Below are positions 60,136 to 64,000 of a stretch of 64,000 nucleotides of DNA, piece after piece. The position numbers and the translations under genes are program-made. The stretch spans positions 2,624,001 through 2,688,000 of the forward strand of contig CBDETK010000013.1 of assembly GCA_965242865.1 (NCBI GenBank), read 5' to 3'. Under the pieces are notes generated by a model. The model saw nothing but the letters and a program-made list of their open reading frames with translations. It did no database searches and had not been told where the DNA came from. Each line of letters starts with the position of its first letter. The stretch's first letter is position 1. This stretch comes from Candidatus Latescibacterota bacterium. Lineage in GTDB: Bacteria > Latescibacterota > UBA2968 > UBA8231.

Positions 60136-61038
60136 ATGATCGACATCGAGCTACATCCCGCAGACTGCAAGGCCGTCGTCGCGATCGACGGCCAGCTTTT
60201 TACCGAGTACCGCTACGGCCACTACGTGTGCCGCCCGTACCTCTATCCCGTGCTGACGCCCAGCGGCACCGGTCTGACCCGCGCCTACCCAATGGAAAAC
60301 GTCGCCGGCGAAAACCAAGACCACTACCACCATCGCGGCATGTACACGGCCCACGGCCTCGTCAACGGCCACAACCTGTGGGACGAGGGCACTGGCCACG
60401 GCACCATGCTCCAGCGCGGCGAGCCAGTAGTCGCCGCCGCCGCCGGCGTCGCCCAGATCGATGGGATCGTCGATTGGTTTGGGCCGGAGGGGGAGAAGCT
60501 GTTGGAGGAGCGGCGCACCCTCGCGATCCGCCCTGAAGGAGCGTTGCGGATCGTGGACCAACGCAGCGAATTCCGCGCTCGCTACGGCGACGCGACCTTT
60601 GGCGACACCAAAGAAGGCGGGCTGTTTGCCATCCGGGTGCCGACCTCAATGGATGCCAAGGCCGCCGGGCGGATTGAAAATTCGGCCGGCCAAGTCTTTG
60701 AAAACGGCCAAGGGCCAGAGAGCACTTGGGGCCAGCAGGCCGCTTGGGTGGATTATTCCGGGCCGGTGGCCGATGGCGAGGAGTGGGGGCACACCGTCGT
60801 CGATCACCGCGACAATCCCCGCCACCCGACCTACTGGCACGTGCGCGGGTACGGGCTGTTTACCGCCAACCCCTTTGGGGTGCACGATTTCAAGGGCGAC
60901 AAAAGCCTAGACGCGAGCCTGACCATCCCCAGCGGCGCCAAAGCCGTCTTCCGCTACCGGCTGATCATCCACCCCGGGCGCAGCGTGGATGGGCACCCAG
61001 CCGTGCGCCCGCTCATCGAGCAGTTCCAAGACGGATAG
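60136..61038 (+). CDS. PmoA-family (DUF6807-like) protein
   Basis: RPYLYPV, DHYHHRG, DTKEGG, WVDYSG, WHVRGYGLF.ANPFG. Confidence 0.8.
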   Translation: MIDIELHPADCKAVVAIDGQLFTEYRYGHYVCRPYLYPVLTPSGTGLTRAYPMENVAGENQDHYHHRGMYTAHGLVNGHNLWDEGTGHGTMLQRGEPVVAAAAGVAQIDGIVDWFGPEGEKLLEERRTLAIRPEGALRIVDQRSEFRARYGDATFGDTKEGGLFAIRVPTSMDAKAAGRIENSAGQVFENGQGPESTWGQQAAWVDYSGPVADGEEWGHTVVDHRDNPRHPTYWHVRGYGLFTANPFGVHDFKGDKSLDASLTIPSGAKAVFRYRLIIHPGRSVDGHPAVRPLIEQFQDG

Positions 61039-61040
61039 CC

Positions 61041-62099
61041 ATGAACACGCAAGACAAGCTGCGCGTCGCCCTAATTGGTGCTGGCGGCATCGCCAAGGCG
61101 CATATACGCTATTACCAAGACATGGACGACGTGGAGATAGTAGCCGTGGCGGACGTGGTCCTCGAAAGGGCGCGCGCCTGCTGCGAGGAATACCAAATCC
61201 CCCAAGCCTACGCCCGCTACGAGGACCTGCTCCAGCAGGCCCAGCCCGACGCGGTGAGCGTCTGTACGCCCAATGGCCTGCACGCCCCCTGCGCTATCGC
61301 CGCGCTCGACGCGGGTGCCCATGTCCTCGTCGAGAAGCCGCTGGCTATGAACGCCCGCGAGGGCCAAGAGATGCTCGACGCGGCCGAGAAAAACGGCAAA
61401 AAGCTGATCATTGGATTTCAGAACCGCTACGATCCAAAGACGGAGTTTGTCAAGAAGCTCGTTGACGACGGCGAGCTGGGCACGCTCCTGTACGCCCGGG
61501 TACAGGCCCTGCGGCGGCGGGGCATTCCCAACTGGGGAGTCTTTGGCCGCAAGGAGCTGCAAGGCGGCGGGCCGCTGATCGATATCGGCGTCCACATGCT
61601 GGAGACCACGCACTATGCGATGGGCGCACCCCAGCCAGTGGCAGCGAGTGGCAGCACCTATACCTATATCGGCGACGAGCCGTCAAACGTGCGCTCGCTC
61701 TGGCCCAACTGGGATTACAAGACCTATACGGTAGAGGACCTAATGGTGGGACACATCCGCTTTGCAACCGGCGCGATGCTCAGTATTGAGACCAGCTTTG
61801 CCGCTCATATCGAGAAAAACGAGTGGAACTTCACGCTGATGGGCGACAAAGGCGGCGCCAACTGGGACCCGCCGGGTTTTTTCCACGACGCCAACGATTA
61901 CATGGTCAACACCCAGCCCAACTGGATGCCCAGCGGCCCAGCGGCCGACTCCTTCGGCTTGAGGATGCGCAACTTTGTCGATTGCGTACTCTACGATGCA
62001 GAAACCCTAGCCCCCGGAGCGCACGGGCTGATGGTGCAAAAGATGATTGACGGCCTGTACGAATCGGCCGCACAGGGGCGAGAAGTGCCGATTGAGTAG
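61041..62099 (+). CDS. Gfo/Idh/MocA oxidoreductase
   Basis: IGAGGIA, VCTPNGLH, VEKPLA, GGPLIDIGVH. Confidence 0.94.
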   Translation: MNTQDKLRVALIGAGGIAKAHIRYYQDMDDVEIVAVADVVLERARACCEEYQIPQAYARYEDLLQQAQPDAVSVCTPNGLHAPCAIAALDAGAHVLVEKPLAMNAREGQEMLDAAEKNGKKLIIGFQNRYDPKTEFVKKLVDDGELGTLLYARVQALRRRGIPNWGVFGRKELQGGGPLIDIGVHMLETTHYAMGAPQPVAASGSTYTYIGDEPSNVRSLWPNWDYKTYTVEDLMVGHIRFATGAMLSIETSFAAHIEKNEWNFTLMGDKGGANWDPPGFFHDANDYMVNTQPNWMPSGPAADSFGLRMRNFVDCVLYDAETLAPGAHGLMVQKMIDGLYESAAQGREVPIE

Positions 62100-62139
62100 C
62101 GGGCGATGCGGGCGGCCCGTAGTTGTTTCTTTCTAAAAA

Positions 62140-62178
62140 TGGCGTAAATTTTGCAGTAATGATTCAAATTATACGCCA
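62140..62178. promoter_or_regulatory. palindrome overlapping the start of the second DUF4143 ATPase
   Basis: TGGCGTAAATTTTGCA-N7-TTCAAATTATACGCCA; same core and spacer as 56801-56862. Confidence 0.65.
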
Positions 62179-63418
62179 AATCCAACAAGACATACAGGAT
62201 ATTCACCAGCGCGAGCGCGGACGTCTCCTCGTGCTTACGGGAGCACGCCAAGTGGGGAAATCCACCCTTGCCAACATGGCGTTCCCCGACTATCCGGTGA
62301 TTAACCTAGATTCGCCGGTGGAACGAGCGGCCTACGAGCAGCTAGGGCCGGAAGAATGGGTGGCCCGCTACCCCCGCGCCATCGTCGATGAGGCGCAGAA
62401 GCTGCCGGCGGTCATCGAGACCCTAAAGGCGTGTTACGACCGCGATGCAGGGGTGCGGTATGTCCTGCTAGGGTCGAGCCAGATTCTGCTGCTCGAAAAA
62501 GTGCGCGAATCGCTCGCTGGACGCGCTGCGCTGCGGGCGCTTTTCCCGTTTACCCTGCCGGAACTGCTGACAACAACCGGCGCGAGCCGATTGGTCGAGA
62601 TACTCGCGGCCGACGATCCGCTCCACGCCCTCGACCGGCTGTGCCCGGCGATGTACCGCATTACCCCAGCCTACGCGCAGGCCAAAACGCGCTGGGAGTA
62701 CTTCCTTCACTGGGGTGGGATGCCGCGGATTAGGGAATGGGCCGACGAGGACCGCTTCGCGTGGTTGCAGGACTACCAAGCGATGTACCTCCAGCGCGAC
62801 TTGGGCGATTTGGCGCAGTTGCGGCGGCTGGAGCCTTTTGTCCGCGCTCAGCAAGCGGCGGCTCTGCGTTCGGGGCAGGTGATCAATTTTTCGGATCTGG
62901 CCCGGCTGAGCGATGTATCGCCGGCGACCGCACGGCAGTTCATGCGCTACTTGGAACTTAGCTACCAGATTATTCTGTTACCGGCGTGGTATCGCAACGC
63001 AGAAAAACGCCTGAGCAAGCAAAGCAAGCTGCACTTTGTCGATCCGGGGATCCGCCGGAGTATTCTGCGAAAGCGCGGGGAGATTGACGGCACGGAACTG
63101 GAAAGCGCGGTGGTGGCGGAAATCTACAAGCAGTGCCGCAACGCCCAACTGCCGGTTGAGCTATACCATCTACGCACCGCGGACCGGCGCGAGTTAGACT
63201 TGTTGATTGAGCGCGAGGATGGGTTTATCGCCGTGGAAGTTAGGCAGACCGCGCGGGTCAGTGCCACTGATTTTCGCCCCCTTCGCGGCCTAGAGGACTT
63301 GCTGGACAAGCCGCTACTGTTGGGCTTGGTGGCCTCAAACGATGCGTCGAGCATCCCCAGCCCGGACGGGCGGCTGCGCCACGTGGCGATTCCGCATTTG
63401 CTGTCGGGAGCAGGATAG
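62159..63418 (+). CDS. AAA_14 ATPase with DUF4143
   Basis: GARQVGKS, VDEAQKLP, LLGSS, ESLAGR, KLHFVDPG, ELDLLI..AVEVR. Confidence 0.92.
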   Translation: MIQIIRQIQQDIQDIHQRERGRLLVLTGARQVGKSTLANMAFPDYPVINLDSPVERAAYEQLGPEEWVARYPRAIVDEAQKLPAVIETLKACYDRDAGVRYVLLGSSQILLLEKVRESLAGRAALRALFPFTLPELLTTTGASRLVEILAADDPLHALDRLCPAMYRITPAYAQAKTRWEYFLHWGGMPRIREWADEDRFAWLQDYQAMYLQRDLGDLAQLRRLEPFVRAQQAAALRSGQVINFSDLARLSDVSPATARQFMRYLELSYQIILLPAWYRNAEKRLSKQSKLHFVDPGIRRSILRKRGEIDGTELESAVVAEIYKQCRNAQLPVELYHLRTADRRELDLLIEREDGFIAVEVRQTARVSATDFRPLRGLEDLLDKPLLLGLVASNDASSIPSPDGRLRHVAIPHLLSGAG

Positions 63419-63419
63419 G

Positions 63420-64000
63420 TTGCCGACGAACTCGCGCAGGATCGCACGTATTTTCTTAGCGTGACCTTCAAACGCCGGATCGTTCTTCATAGCCGCGAGA
63501 GCATCTTCCGCCTTTGTGAGCGATTTGTGGTTGCGGAGAAAGTCTTGAACTTTTTTAGACGCCATCGCTAGAGCAACAGCTAAGGGCGGCAAACCGCTTG
63601 CAGACCAATCGAGAATTAGAGTGGAAATTTCATGTCTCGCGCCAAACTAGTGTACGTAGTCTGCAAGTTGACTGTTAATCGGCGAAGTAGCACAGAGTAC
63701 CCAAAGGTCGAGATCGCTGCCTCTAATCGAGAGTTCACCGAGTTTTGACGTGATTTCCTTCCTAGGCACTTGACCTTTATAACGCTTACACTCGAAACAG
63801 ATGCCGTCGTCTGCATAGGTAGATCTACCGTCAACTCCGAATTGTAAACCGCTACTGGCCAGTCTAAATGGGACTCCGGCGATTTCGCTCAGCGCGGCTC
63901 CGATCAAACCCTCAAACCCATCATCGCCAGTAGCCCGAAGGTCGGTCAGAATTTTCTTTAGATCGCTGATGTAGGCCGAAACGTCTGTCCTAGCTTCCAT
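63420..64000 (-). pseudogene. Mrr-like restriction-endonuclease N-terminal domain, nonsense-mutated and truncated
   Basis: GFEGLI..QFGVDG..CFECKRY; TAG at 63647-63649 is in frame with FGARHEISTLILDWSASGLPPLAV.., which then runs into the convergent gene. Confidence 0.7.

Noticed and set aside
60136-61038. PmoA label suggesting methane oxidation
   Set aside because: Soluble DUF6807-type protein beside a sugar oxidoreductase; no pmoCAB operon

Overview
64-kb bacterial chromosomal window with GC-rich core genes and no rRNA, tRNA, CRISPR array, integrase or transposase that I can see. The gene content (ASPIC/UnbV protein, sulfatase and maturase, many QNYPNPFN/FlgD-type secreted proteins, a C-terminal SWGQVK tail) suggests a Latescibacterota/Poribacteria-like FCB/PVC organism; this is inference. 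Core genes (hisS, UbiA prenyltransferase, siroheme enzyme, RND pump, clpP, mutM, sulfatase maturase) are interrupted by accessory blocks: (1) 0.5-3.1 kb ABC-ATPase + PIN + RNA-ligase operon; (2) 6.4-8.1 kb type II R-M pair; (3) 16.5-28.7 kb secreted protein/adhesin locus with a metalloprotease carrying 11 x 261-bp repeats; (4) 43-57 kb defence/TA island with PD-(D/E)XK nucleases, a second ABC+PIN pair, an HTH-PLD + 719-aa operon and AbiE; plus a broken nuclease gene at the right edge. The most striking pattern is that the four accessory blocks are bracketed or punctuated by slightly diverged direct-repeat copies of neighbouring gene ends, so alternative versions of one locus appear stacked in tandem without a recombinase (clearest at 47-57 kb: A-B-C' then A'-B'-C, each with different cargo). 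Other points: a shared palindromic N7-spaced site precedes both AAA_14/DUF4143 genes, MITE-like termini sit at three island borders, and many toxic effectors are broken. All family assignments come from motif recognition by eye, not database searches.
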